Assembly (NCBI GenBank): GCA_013817655.1
Contig: JACDCJ010000001.1
Location: 1 to 30,000 of the forward strand
Length of the DNA stretch: 30,000 bases
Direction: 5' to 3'
DNA from: Actinomycetota bacterium
Lineage (GTDB): Bacteria > Actinomycetota > UBA4738
The notes below the pieces were generated by a model, which worked only from the letters and a program-made list of their open reading frames with translations, searched no databases and was not told where the DNA came from. A program made the position numbers and the translations under genes. Positions 19,231-27,482 of this stretch are shown here, in pieces; the first letter of the stretch is position 1; each line of letters begins with the position of its first letter.

Positions 19231-19236
19231 ATTCTA
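19231..19236 (-). promoter_or_regulatory. TAGAAT -10 element for pup-prcBA
   Basis: Near-consensus hexamer in the dop-pup intergenic region. Confidence 0.55.
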
Positions 19237-19249
19237 TTGCCCGCAGGAG

Positions 19250-20734
19250 CTACGCCTGGAGCGCGGCGATGAGTGCGGGGGCGTCGGCCGAGGCCTCCAG
19301 GATGTGTTCCACGTGCGCCTTCGTCCCACGCAGTGGCTCCCGCAGCGGGATCCGTTGCAGGGCATCCTTGCCGGTGTCGAAGATTATGGAGTCCCAAGAC
19401 GCGGCGGCGATCGAGTGCGCGTAGCGGGCGACGCACCGTCCCCGGAAGTAGGCGCGCGTGTCCTCCGGAGGTTCGACGACGGCTCGCTCGATCTCCTCGT
19501 CCGTCGTGAGACGTTCGACCTTTCCCGCTCCGGCCAGGCGGTGGTAGAGCCCCCGGCCACGGCGGACGTCGTGATACTGGAGGTCGATCATGGCGAGTTT
19601 CGCATCGCGCCAGTCAAGCCGGTCGCGCTCGCGATAGGCCTCCAGAAGCCGGAACTTCGCCACCCAGTCGAGCTCCCGGTGGAGGGAAAGGGGCTCCTCC
19701 TCGATGCCGGCGAGGACCGCCTCCCACCAGGCGAGCACCTCGGCGTTCTCGGGGGTCGCCTCGGCCTCCTTGACGAACTTCTTCGCGTGGTCCAGGTACT
19801 CCCACTGAAGCTCCAGGGCACGGATCCGACGCCCGTCTCGGAGGCGCACGAGCTCCCGGCAGGAAGGGTCTCTCGAGACGGCGTGCAGCGCCGGCACCGG
19901 CTCCTCCAGTGAAAGGTCGGGCAGGAGCTCGTCCTCGATCATCTTGAGGACGATGGCGGTGGTGCCGACCTTCAAGAAGAGGGCGACCTCGCAGAGGTTC
20001 GCGTCGCCCCCGATGCAGTGGAGGCGCCGGTACTTCTCAGGATCGGCGTGAGGCTCGTCGCGCGTGTTGATTATCGGCCGCTTGAGCGTCGTCTCCAGGC
20101 CGACCTCCGCTTCGAAGAAGTCCGCTCGCTGGGAGATCTGGAAGGGAATCCGGCCCCCGTCCGCCCGGGAACCTTCCGTGCCAACCTTCCCCGCACCCGT
20201 GAAGATCTGGCGTGTCACGAAGAAGGGAGTCAGGTCACGCACGAGCCGGGCGAACGGCAAGCTGCGAGCCACCAGATAGTTCTCGTGGCAACCATAGGAG
20301 TTTCCCTTGCCGTCCGTGTTGTTCTTGTAGATGGACAGGCGCTCGCCGGGTGGCAGGAGATCGGCCACCGATGCGAGGGACCGCTCGAGGATCCGCTCTC
20401 CGGCCTTGTCGTGCACGACGAGCTCCCGGGGCGTCGCACACTCCGGCGTTGAGTACTCCGGGTGCGCGTGGTCGACGTAGTACCGAGCTCCGTTCGTAAG
20501 GATGACATTGGCCAGCCCGAGATCCTCTTCCGTCGGCTGGCGCTCCTGCACCGGCTCGAAGCCCCGTGCATCGCGAAGCGGCGATTCCTGCTCATAGTCC
20601 CACCGGATGCGGCGCAGGTCGCCCGCGTAGGAGTTGATCAGCATGGAGGAGGCGAGGACCGGGTTGAAGTCGCCGTGAGCCGAGCTCGAGATGCCGTACT
20701 CGGTCTCGATGCCCATCACTTTGGGAATGGCCAC
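19250..20734 (-). CDS. dop: Depupylase/deamidase Dop
   Basis: [51 protein letters not shown]. Confidence 0.96.
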   Translation of the reverse strand: MAIPKVMGIETEYGISSSAHGDFNPVLASSMLINSYAGDLRRIRWDYEQESPLRDARGFEPVQERQPTEEDLGLANVILTNGARYYVDHAHPEYSTPECATPRELVVHDKAGERILERSLASVADLLPPGERLSIYKNNTDGKGNSYGCHENYLVARSLPFARLVRDLTPFFVTRQIFTGAGKVGTEGSRADGGRIPFQISQRADFFEAEVGLETTLKRPIINTRDEPHADPEKYRRLHCIGGDANLCEVALFLKVGTTAIVLKMIEDELLPDLSLEEPVPALHAVSRDPSCRELVRLRDGRRIRALELQWEYLDHAKKFVKEAEATPENAEVLAWWEAVLAGIEEEPLSLHRELDWVAKFRLLEAYRERDRLDWRDAKLAMIDLQYHDVRRGRGLYHRLAGAGKVERLTTDEEIERAVVEPPEDTRAYFRGRCVARYAHSIAAASWDSIIFDTGKDALQRIPLREPLRGTKAHVEHILEASADAPALIAALQA

Positions 20735-20788
20735 GACCCTCGGTCCCTTCCGTTGGGGCCGCCGGCGTCCTGGCGCCGGCCATGGAGC

Positions 20789-22555
20789 CTAGAGGTACTG
20801 TCCGGCGTTGATCCGCTCCACCTGACGGCCTTCCGCGTGTCCCTGGCCGAGAAGGGTTCGGACGAAGACGATCCGCTCGCCCTTCTTTCCCGAAATGCGG
20901 GCCCAGTCGTCCGGGTTCGTCGTGTTGGGGAGGTCCTCGTTCTCTTTGAACTCGTCGCGGATCGCGCTCAGGAGGTCCTCGAGCTTCAGCCCCTTCTCGC
21001 CGTGCTGGAGGAACCGCTTGATCGCCATCTTCTTCGCCCTGGCGACGATGTTCTCGATCATCGCCCCCGAGTTGAAGTCCTTGAAGTAGAGGATCTCCTT
21101 GTCGCCGGAGGCGTAGGTGACCTCGAGGAACCGGTTCTCGTCCGACGCCGCGTACATCCTCTCCACCGTGGTATCGATCATCCTCCGAACGACGCGGTCC
21201 GGTCCGCCACCTGCTCGAACGTCCTCATCGTGGAGCGGGACGTCGGAAGTCAGGTACCGGCTCATGATCTCCTGTGAGGCCTGCGCGTCGGGCCGCTCGA
21301 TCTTGATCTTCACGTCCAGCCGCCCCGGACGCAGGATGGCCGGGTCGATCATGTCCTCGCGGTTCGATGCTCCGATCACGATGACGTTCTTGAGCGTCTC
21401 CACACCGTCGATCTCGGAGAGCAGCTGCGGAACGATGGTGTTCTCGACGTCGCTCGAGATGCCGGAACCGCGCGTGCGGAACAGAGAGTCCATCTCGTCG
21501 AAGAACACGATCACGGGGAAGCCTTCCGCCGACTTCTCCTTCGCGCGCTGGAAGATCAGGCGAATCTGCCGCTCGGTCTCGCCGACGTACTTGTTCAGGA
21601 GCTCCGGTCCCTTGATGTTGAGGAAGTACGAGTGCGCCTGCTTCTGGCCCGTCTTCTCCGCCACCTTCTGGGCGAGCGAGTTGGCGACCGCCTTAGCGAT
21701 GAGCGTCTTCCCGCAGCCGGGCGGACCGTAGAGCAGGACGCCCTTGGGTGGCTTGAGGCGGTGCTCCTCGAACAACTCGGCGTAGAGAAACGGGAGCTCG
21801 ACCGCGTCGCGGATGTCCTCGATCTGGGAGGACAGGCCGCCGATGTCGTCGTAGGTGATGTCGGGGATCTCCTCCAGGATGGCCTCCTCGACCTCCTCCC
21901 TGGGGAGCTTCTCGAGAGCGTAGCCGGAGCGCGGGTCGAACAGCACCGGGTCTCCGGCGCGCACCTGCCCCCGGACTGACATCGAAAGGAGGGCCACCGC
22001 CTCCTCGTCCCCTCGGCCAACGACGACGGCTCTGTCCTCCCCGAGCAGCTCCTTGACCGCCATGACCTCGCCGGTCACCTCCTCGTCGAGAACAGCCACC
22101 ACGTTGAGTGCCTCGTTCAGGATGACCTGGACGCCCTTTCGGAACGTGGAGCGGTCGAGCGTGGGATCGGCGTTCACCCGCATCTTCCGCCCGGCGGTGA
22201 CCACGTCGAGCGAACCGTCGTCGTTCCCCTCCAGGAAGACACCGAACGTCGCCGGTGGTCGGGTGAGCTTGTCGACCTCCTCCTTGAGGGCCTCGAGCCT
22301 TTCGCGCTCGGCGCGAAGGACGCTCGCGAGCTTCTCGTTCTGGCCCACCGCCCGCGCCAGGTCGGACCGAGCCGCCTGCAGCTGGTCCTCGAGCACGCGC
22401 ACATGACGCGGCGAGCTCGAGAGCCTGCGCCGAAGCAGCGCGATCTCGTCCTCGAGGAACTTGATCTGCGTTTGCAGCTGATGGATGTCTTTTTCGTAGC
22501 GCTCGAGCAGCTCCTCAGAATCCCGAGCACCCGGGTCTCGCGCCATGACTACCAC
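20789..22555 (-). CDS. arc: Proteasome AAA+ ATPase (ARC/Mpa)
   Basis: N-terminal coiled coil, [22 protein letters not shown] and the C-terminal GQYL docking motif. Confidence 0.97.
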   Translation of the reverse strand: MVVMARDPGARDSEELLERYEKDIHQLQTQIKFLEDEIALLRRRLSSSPRHVRVLEDQLQAARSDLARAVGQNEKLASVLRAERERLEALKEEVDKLTRPPATFGVFLEGNDDGSLDVVTAGRKMRVNADPTLDRSTFRKGVQVILNEALNVVAVLDEEVTGEVMAVKELLGEDRAVVVGRGDEEAVALLSMSVRGQVRAGDPVLFDPRSGYALEKLPREEVEEAILEEIPDITYDDIGGLSSQIEDIRDAVELPFLYAELFEEHRLKPPKGVLLYGPPGCGKTLIAKAVANSLAQKVAEKTGQKQAHSYFLNIKGPELLNKYVGETERQIRLIFQRAKEKSAEGFPVIVFFDEMDSLFRTRGSGISSDVENTIVPQLLSEIDGVETLKNVIVIGASNREDMIDPAILRPGRLDVKIKIERPDAQASQEIMSRYLTSDVPLHDEDVRAGGGPDRVVRRMIDTTVERMYAASDENRFLEVTYASGDKEILYFKDFNSGAMIENIVARAKKMAIKRFLQHGEKGLKLEDLLSAIRDEFKENEDLPNTTNPDDWARISGKKGERIVFVRTLLGQGHAEGRQVERINAGQYL

Positions 22556-22614
22556 ACCCTTCTTCGACAGACTCGTCCAATATATCCCCCGCCGGCGCCA
22601 TTCCCCGGGAAGGC

Positions 22615-23397
22615 TCAGTCCCTCCCCTTGCGGGCGATGATCACGAACCCGGTGTGTGCGACCATCCGATGGTCGGGGCGTACGCTGCGCTCGGTGACGT
22701 GCCAGGTACGGCTCAGCGTCTCGACCGTCTCGATCTGCGCGAATCCGCCCCGCTCGAGCGCGAGGACAGCTTCTTGCGTCTGGTTCGTGGTCGGAAGGTA
22801 GGTGACGACGATTCCGCCTGGGCGAAGGGCGGTTCGAACCTCCGGAAGGACTCCCTCGGGCTCCGGGAGGTCGAGAACCGCCCGGTCGAAGGCTTCCCCC
22901 GTGGCGGCGGCCTCCCGGACGTCACCCAGCCGAAGCTCCAACCAGGACGGCGCCGTTCCGAAGAAGGCCTCCACGTTGGCCGCGGCCTTCTCGTGGAAGT
23001 CGGCACGGACCTCGTAGGAGACGACCAAGCCGTCGGGTCCGGTGGCGCGGCAGAGGGCGAGAGTTGTCGCGCCCGATCCGCTTCCCGCCTCAAGCACCCG
23101 CATACCGGGCGCGATGTCGCCGCGGATGACAATCGTCCCGAGGTCCTTCGGGTAGATGACCTGCGCCCCCCGAGGCATCTTCAGGATGAAGTCCGTGATG
23201 GTCGGCCGCATGCACGCGAGCCGGGCGCCGGTCTGAGAATGCACGACGGTCCCCTCCTCGGACCCGAGGATCAGCGCGTGCGGCACGGCTCCGCCGTGGA
23301 AGTGAAAGGTCGCGCCTGACTGGAGGCGTAAGAGGAAGCGCCTGCCCCGATCGTCGACGAGCAGGACCCGTTCGCCCGGCTCGAAGGGCCTCCTCAC
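22615..23397 (-). CDS. trmI: tRNA (adenine-N1)-methyltransferase TrmI (GCD14 family); start uncertain
   Basis: [42 protein letters not shown]. Usual position upstream of arc. Confidence 0.92.
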   Translation of the reverse strand: MRRPFEPGERVLLVDDRGRRFLLRLQSGATFHFHGGAVPHALILGSEEGTVVHSQTGARLACMRPTITDFILKMPRGAQVIYPKDLGTIVIRGDIAPGMRVLEAGSGSGATTLALCRATGPDGLVVSYEVRADFHEKAAANVEAFFGTAPSWLELRLGDVREAAATGEAFDRAVLDLPEPEGVLPEVRTALRPGGIVVTYLPTTNQTQEAVLALERGGFAQIETVETLSRTWHVTERSVRPDHRMVAHTGFVIIARKGRD

Positions 23398-23474
23398 CGC
23401 GAGCTGGGTGTGCGCAACCGGCCCTTCACCCGGCAAGGCTATCGCACGCCCCCGAGGGGACACCTACGCGACGA

Positions 23475-24629
23475 TCAGCCGGTTGTGGGAAGGGGGCGGG
23501 TCCCAAGCGTGACCGAGACCGCGAAACGACCGCGGGCGTCGTTCACCAACTCGATCTCGACCTCGTCGTCGGGCTCTCGGGCGAGGATGAGCTCGCCAAG
23601 TTGCTCGGAGCCCTGGATCGACTCACCCTCAAAGGCCACGATCACGTCCCCCGGTTCGATGCCCGCGCCCTGCGCCGGCCCGCCCGGCGCCACATCGATC
23701 ACATAGGCACCGCGATCGACGGGCAGTCCGAACTGGGCGGCGACTCCGGCGTCGACGGTCGTGGTGGTCACGCCCAGGTAGGCGGCCGGCGCCTCCGGAT
23801 CAGCGATGGCACGCTCGATGAAAGGCCTTGCGGCGTTGATGTCGATGGCGAAGCCGATGTTCTCGGCCTCCCCAGCCCCGGCCGTGTTGATACCGACCAC
23901 GTTGCCGGCGAGGTCGACCAGTGGGCCACCGGAGTTTCCGGGATTGATTGGCGCATCCGTCTGCAGGACGTCCTCGAGCGTTCGGACGATCCCCTGTCCG
24001 TCCTGCCCGCCGCCCGGGTCCTGGATCTGAACGGTGCGCGCCAGGGAGCTGATGATCCCGGACGTGACGGAGGGACCACCCGGCAGGGCGAGGGCATACC
24101 CGAGGGCGACCACGCGCTCGCCGAGGGCGACCGAATCGGAGTCCCCGAGCGGCACCGTGGGGAGGTCCTGCTCGTCCACCTTCAGGACGGCCAGGTCGTG
24201 GTCGGAATCGCCGCCGATCACACGCGCCTCGAAGTTCCTGCTGTCCGGCGGCGGGAGGGTGACCATGATGCTGGTGGCTCCCTCGACGACATGGAAGTTG
24301 GTCACGATGATTCCGTCGGACCGGATGATGAATCCGGTCCCCACCCCCTCACCCCCATCGCCGCCGAAGATGGCGTCCCGGCTCTGGGTACGGGTGGTCA
24401 CGTTCACCACGGACGGGGCGACGCGATCCACCACGGTCACCACGGGGTCCTGCGACGGATCGTAAGGGTTGATCGACGGAAGGAGGGGAGTGCTCCTCGG
24501 CTCGGCCACGCGGGCCACCCGGGCGGCGGCGCTGCAGCCGGAGAGGATCAGCGCGGCGACGATGGAGGTCGCAACCAGCCTTGCCGAGCGCCCGGAGGCT
24601 CCCACGGTGCTCGTTCCATCCACCTTCAT
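23475..24629 (-). CDS. htrA: HtrA/DegP-like trypsin protease with PDZ domain, predicted lipoprotein
   Basis: VTNFHVV, DHDLAVLK, INPGNSGGPL triad plus PDZ domain. LSGC lipobox. TATGAT lies 7 nt before ATG 24629. Confidence 0.9.
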   Translation of the reverse strand: MKVDGTSTVGASGRSARLVATSIVAALILSGCSAAARVARVAEPRSTPLLPSINPYDPSQDPVVTVVDRVAPSVVNVTTRTQSRDAIFGGDGGEGVGTGFIIRSDGIIVTNFHVVEGATSIMVTLPPPDSRNFEARVIGGDSDHDLAVLKVDEQDLPTVPLGDSDSVALGERVVALGYALALPGGPSVTSGIISSLARTVQIQDPGGGQDGQGIVRTLEDVLQTDAPINPGNSGGPLVDLAGNVVGINTAGAGEAENIGFAIDINAARPFIERAIADPEAPAAYLGVTTTTVDAGVAAQFGLPVDRGAYVIDVAPGGPAQGAGIEPGDVIVAFEGESIQGSEQLGELILAREPDDEVEIELVNDARGRFAVSVTLGTRPLPTTG

Positions 24630-24637
24630 AGCATCGA

Positions 24638-24657
24638 TCATACGAAGGCACGTATGA
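24638..24657 (-). promoter_or_regulatory. Inverted repeat TCATACG-N6-CGTATGA overlapping the htrA -10
   Basis: Perfect 7-bp arms, seen directly. Operator role is inferred. Confidence 0.5.
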
Positions 24658-24764
24658 AACGCGGCTGAGGAAGTTCGGCGGGGTGTTGCGCTCCTGTGAC
24701 GACGGACGCTCGGTGGAACCGGTGACCGTTTCGTGGTGGATGCAGCCGCTCGGCGATGCCCGCC

Positions 24765-24983
24765 TCAGCGGCGGATGACGGCGGCCCACAGCTGCAGGGC
24801 GAACCCGACGAAAAGCAGGCTCGAGCCGATCAGGTACGCGACCTTCTCGCGTCGGTGAGCGGCATCGCTCGGCCCCGAATAGTCGCGATTGCCCCTGACG
24901 ATCGACAACGCCCCGAGGGCGAAGGCGGCGGCCCCGGCAAGGGCCAGCCCGAGGCCGATCAGCGTTAGTTGGTGGGCGTTCAC
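24765..24983 (-). CDS. Small two-helix membrane protein (72 aa)
   Basis: MNAHQLTLIGLGLALAGAAAFALGALSI...YLIGSSLLFVGFALQLWAAVIRR. TAGTGT -10 lies 7 nt before the GTG. Confidence 0.7.
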   Translation of the reverse strand: MNAHQLTLIGLGLALAGAAAFALGALSIVRGNRDYSGPSDAAHRREKVAYLIGSSLLFVGFALQLWAAVIRR

Positions 24984-25005
24984 GCCGCGAACACTACACG
25001 GTCCG

Positions 25006-25027
25006 TGCGGTCGCACGCGAAACCGCA
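25006..25027 (-). terminator. GC hairpin after the MauA-like gene (possible terminator)
   Basis: UGCGG(UU)UCGC-GU-GCGA-CCGCA stem. No U-tract. Confidence 0.3.
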
Positions 25028-25062
25028 AGCCAACCGGTGCATGTCCGTCTGATGATCCTCCG

Positions 25063-25467
25063 TCAAACGCCTTCCGCCGCGAGCTCCGTGAGCGTCGGCG
25101 CACAACTGCGGGTGGTTCGGCAGCCACACACGCAGAGCGTGCCGCTCGTGTCACTGACGCAGTCCCTGCACAGGAAGAGCCGGTCACCCTCCAGGCAGCA
25201 GCCCCACGTGTACCCGTTGTACGACCACCCGTCGGGACACAGCTGCCTCGCCCCCCCGTCGCAGTTGCAGGTGACGCCGATGGATCGGCAGGCCGTGCCG
25301 ATGCAGCACTTTGGGTCGGCCGAGGCCGTTTGCGCAAGTACCACCTGCCCAACGCCCAGGCCCGCGAGAACCGCCGACATCTTGGCAAGGAAGCCCCTGC
25401 GTGAGGTCTTTCGATACACGATGCCGGTGCCCTTCTCCACGAGGTCCCGGGTCTGCCGATCGTCCAT
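25063..25467 (-). CDS. Tat-exported, 14-Cys methylamine dehydrogenase light-chain (MauA)-like small protein
   Basis: SRRGFL Tat motif, ASA cleavage site, then C-x5-C-x6-C-x-C-x-GG-x4-CP-x-G-x7-W and RDC, matching the MauA N-terminal half as I recall it. GGAGAG RBS. Confidence 0.72.
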   Translation of the reverse strand: MDDRQTRDLVEKGTGIVYRKTSRRGFLAKMSAVLAGLGVGQVVLAQTASADPKCCIGTACRSIGVTCNCDGGARQLCPDGWSYNGYTWGCCLEGDRLFLCRDCVSDTSGTLCVCGCRTTRSCAPTLTELAAEGV

Positions 25468-25524
25468 GTCCTCTCCATTCTCTCCGCGTTCCGATCAACG
25501 AATGAGCGGCGCTCAGGCCGCGGC

Positions 25525-26283
25525 TCAGGCTCCCACCGCGGCTGCGACGGCGGCACCAAGCACCGCGAAGGTGAGCGTGGTCGAGAGCGCACGCCAAAGC
25601 GGGCCCCGATCCAGACCCCAGAGGACGGGGCCCAGAGAGCCCTCTGTGCCCGCGTTAGCCAGAATCACGGCGGACAGCCCGCGTGCCGCGCCGTACGTCC
25701 CAAGGACCGCAGCGCCGGTGGCCGCGTCGCCGAGGAGTGCGGCCCCGGCCAGGACCACCACGTACCCCGCGTTCGCCACGCGAGTGCCCACCCCCGGCCC
25801 GAGAAGCGCGCCGTAAAGGGCGGCAGTGACCACCGGAGGGTACCGGTAACGCCATGCAGCGGGTACCTGGCGCCCCGATCGGGGCAGGGGAAGGCGGACG
25901 AGCCCGAGCTCCATCGCGCCGTAGCAGGTGGTGACCAGGGCGAGCAAGAGAAGCCGATCCGGCCCGGCCAGCACCAGCAATCCCCCGACGGATCCCACCG
26001 CGAGGCCGGTGAGAGCCCCCGCGAGCGTGGCCGCGACGGCGTGCGCGATGCCCGCGCCCGCTCTGGTCGCCGCGGAACCCCGGACCAGGGTCCCCACCAT
26101 GGACGCCCCTCAGGGCGACGCCAGACTGATGAGGCCCTGGGCGGCGGCGCTCACCGCAACGGCCACCGGCACGAGGGACACCGTTCCAGCGCCGACGGCC
26201 AGAGCGCCCGCAAAGGCGCCCGCCCCGGCGAGCAGCATCATCGCGGGGACGATCCGCCGGCGCGCGACAACCGTGGCGCTCAT
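25525..26283 (-). CDS. MauF/CcdA-like membrane protein with predicted selenocysteine (in-frame TGA at codon 58, 26110-26112)
   Basis: ATG 26283 overlaps the mauD stop (ATGA) and is in frame with the track ORF 25525-26100. Reads ...GLISLASP-TGA-GASMVGTL..., against the MauF STWSPCGYSS motif. C-terminal YGALLGPGVGT. Confidence 0.78.
26072..26097 (-). promoter_or_regulatory. Candidate bacterial SECIS element
   Basis: Stem GGGACCC/GGGUUCC (26094-26088 paired with 26080-26074) closes the loop UGGUCCG, which begins 22 nt after the UGA and contains GGUC. Confidence 0.65.
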
Positions 26284-26876
26284 GACGCCGAGCTCACGGA
26301 GTCGCCCTCCACCCAGACCGCACCCTCTCCCGTTCGAACCCGCCCCTGGATGAGGGAGGAGACCATCTCCCGGTTGTTAACCACTCCACGGCTCCGGACG
26401 ACCCCTGCGGTGTCGACCAGGATGGCCCGCGGCGTGGTGACGATGCCCACCGCTCGCATCGCGGCCCCATCGTCTTGCCACGCCTGGCCGGCGAACCGGG
26501 ACCGGTCGAGCATCGCTCGGGCCTCCTCCGCCGGCCCGGACAAGACCGGAACGATGGCGTGGTCGGGCCAATCCTTCACGACCCCGTCGAGCTCCGAGAG
26601 GAGGTCGGCACACAACGTGCACCGGGTGGACATGAATAGCACTACGGCCGGGCGGCTCCCGAGGTCGGGCGACGAGGGCCGGCCCGATCTGGCATCGGCC
26701 AGGCGCAAGGCCGGGAGGGTCGCCCCCGGCTCCATTCCCTCGAGCGACTCCAGCGCAGGGGCTGCCGGCAGGCGGCGACTGAGCAGACCCACCTCTCGAG
26801 CCAGGGCGAGGATCGCGAGCGCCTCGACGATCGCGAGGATCGCCAGCGCGGCGACGGCGATCCACAGGGCGGTCAC
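26280..26876 (-). CDS. MauD-like membrane-anchored thioredoxin-fold protein
   Basis: N-terminal TM helix, REVGLLSRR, CTLC (CxxC), TPRAILVD, RSRGVVNNREMVSSL. GTG 26876 overlaps the mauE stop (GTGA). Confidence 0.82.
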   Translation of the reverse strand: MTALWIAVAALAILAIVEALAILALAREVGLLSRRLPAAPALESLEGMEPGATLPALRLADARSGRPSSPDLGSRPAVVLFMSTRCTLCADLLSELDGVVKDWPDHAIVPVLSGPAEEARAMLDRSRFAGQAWQDDGAAMRAVGIVTTPRAILVDTAGVVRSRGVVNNREMVSSLIQGRVRTGEGAVWVEGDSVSSAS

Positions 26877-27457
26877 GCGTGCTCCTCGTGAGCGCGGATC
26901 CCGGTCTCGACAGTCGTCAAGAGACGGAGCGCGGCCACGGCAAGGGCGCCCGTGGCGAGGGCGGCAGCGGAGACGATGGCCACCGCGGTCGCCTCGGAAC
27001 CGGAAATCGAAAGAGGTAACGTCGAGCCCCGATCGGTGCCCAGGTGGAAGACGAGCGCCACTGCCGCTAGGCCGAGCAGCCCGATGGTTCGGGCCACGGC
27101 CGCGCCATCGATACGCTCGCCGCGGGAGGCGCCGAAGCACGCACAGGAGGCATCCAGACGGAGGTGTAGGGCCCGGATCAGGACGAGTGCGAACCCAAGG
27201 AGCAGCAACACTGCGGTCGCAAGCCCCACCGTGAGGAAGCGCGACAGCATGGCCGCGGCGGAAGCGATCTCGAGCACCGGCAGAGCCCGTGCCCCCGCCG
27301 GAACCGCCCACCTGAGCCGGACCGGAACTAGGTTACGGGCGGTTTCGACGAAGCCGGCCATATCCCTGAGCTTCGCGATTCCCGCAAGGCCGAGCACCAC
27401 GGCGAGGATCAGGCGAGCGGCCTGCAGAAGCAGCCGATCGACCTCCGACACTTCCAT
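26873..27457 (-). CDS. MauE/DoxX family redox-associated membrane protein
   Basis: LGLAGIAKL, LPVLEI, SCACFG (CxCFG motif), four hydrophobic helices, GGAGG RBS. Confidence 0.87.
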   Translation of the reverse strand: MEVSEVDRLLLQAARLILAVVLGLAGIAKLRDMAGFVETARNLVPVRLRWAVPAGARALPVLEIASAAAMLSRFLTVGLATAVLLLLGFALVLIRALHLRLDASCACFGASRGERIDGAAVARTIGLLGLAAVALVFHLGTDRGSTLPLSISGSEATAVAIVSAAALATGALAVAALRLLTTVETGIRAHEEHA

Positions 27458-27482
27458 CCCAACCTCCCACGAGGCGCCCCCG

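Noticed and set aside
24994-25065. Sec readthrough of the MauA-like TGA stop (would add RRIIRRTCTGWLAV..., containing a Trp)
   Set aside because: The TGA does not align to a conserved Cys, the extra Trp is about 32 residues after the CxC rather than about 20 as for Trp108, and the nearby hairpin looks more like a terminator.
26101-26283. Separate 57-aa peptide gene plus a 191-aa gene (two-ORF reading of mauF)
   Set aside because: The segments are in frame, the ATG at 26100 has no SD, and the break falls exactly on the SPCG cysteine followed by a SECIS-like hairpin. It remains the fallback if the sel genes are absent.
25063-27457. Calling this a functional methylamine dehydrogenase (mau) operon
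   Set aside because: There is no mauB, mauG or mauC in the window and the small subunit lacks the second TTQ Trp, so gene symbols were withheld.
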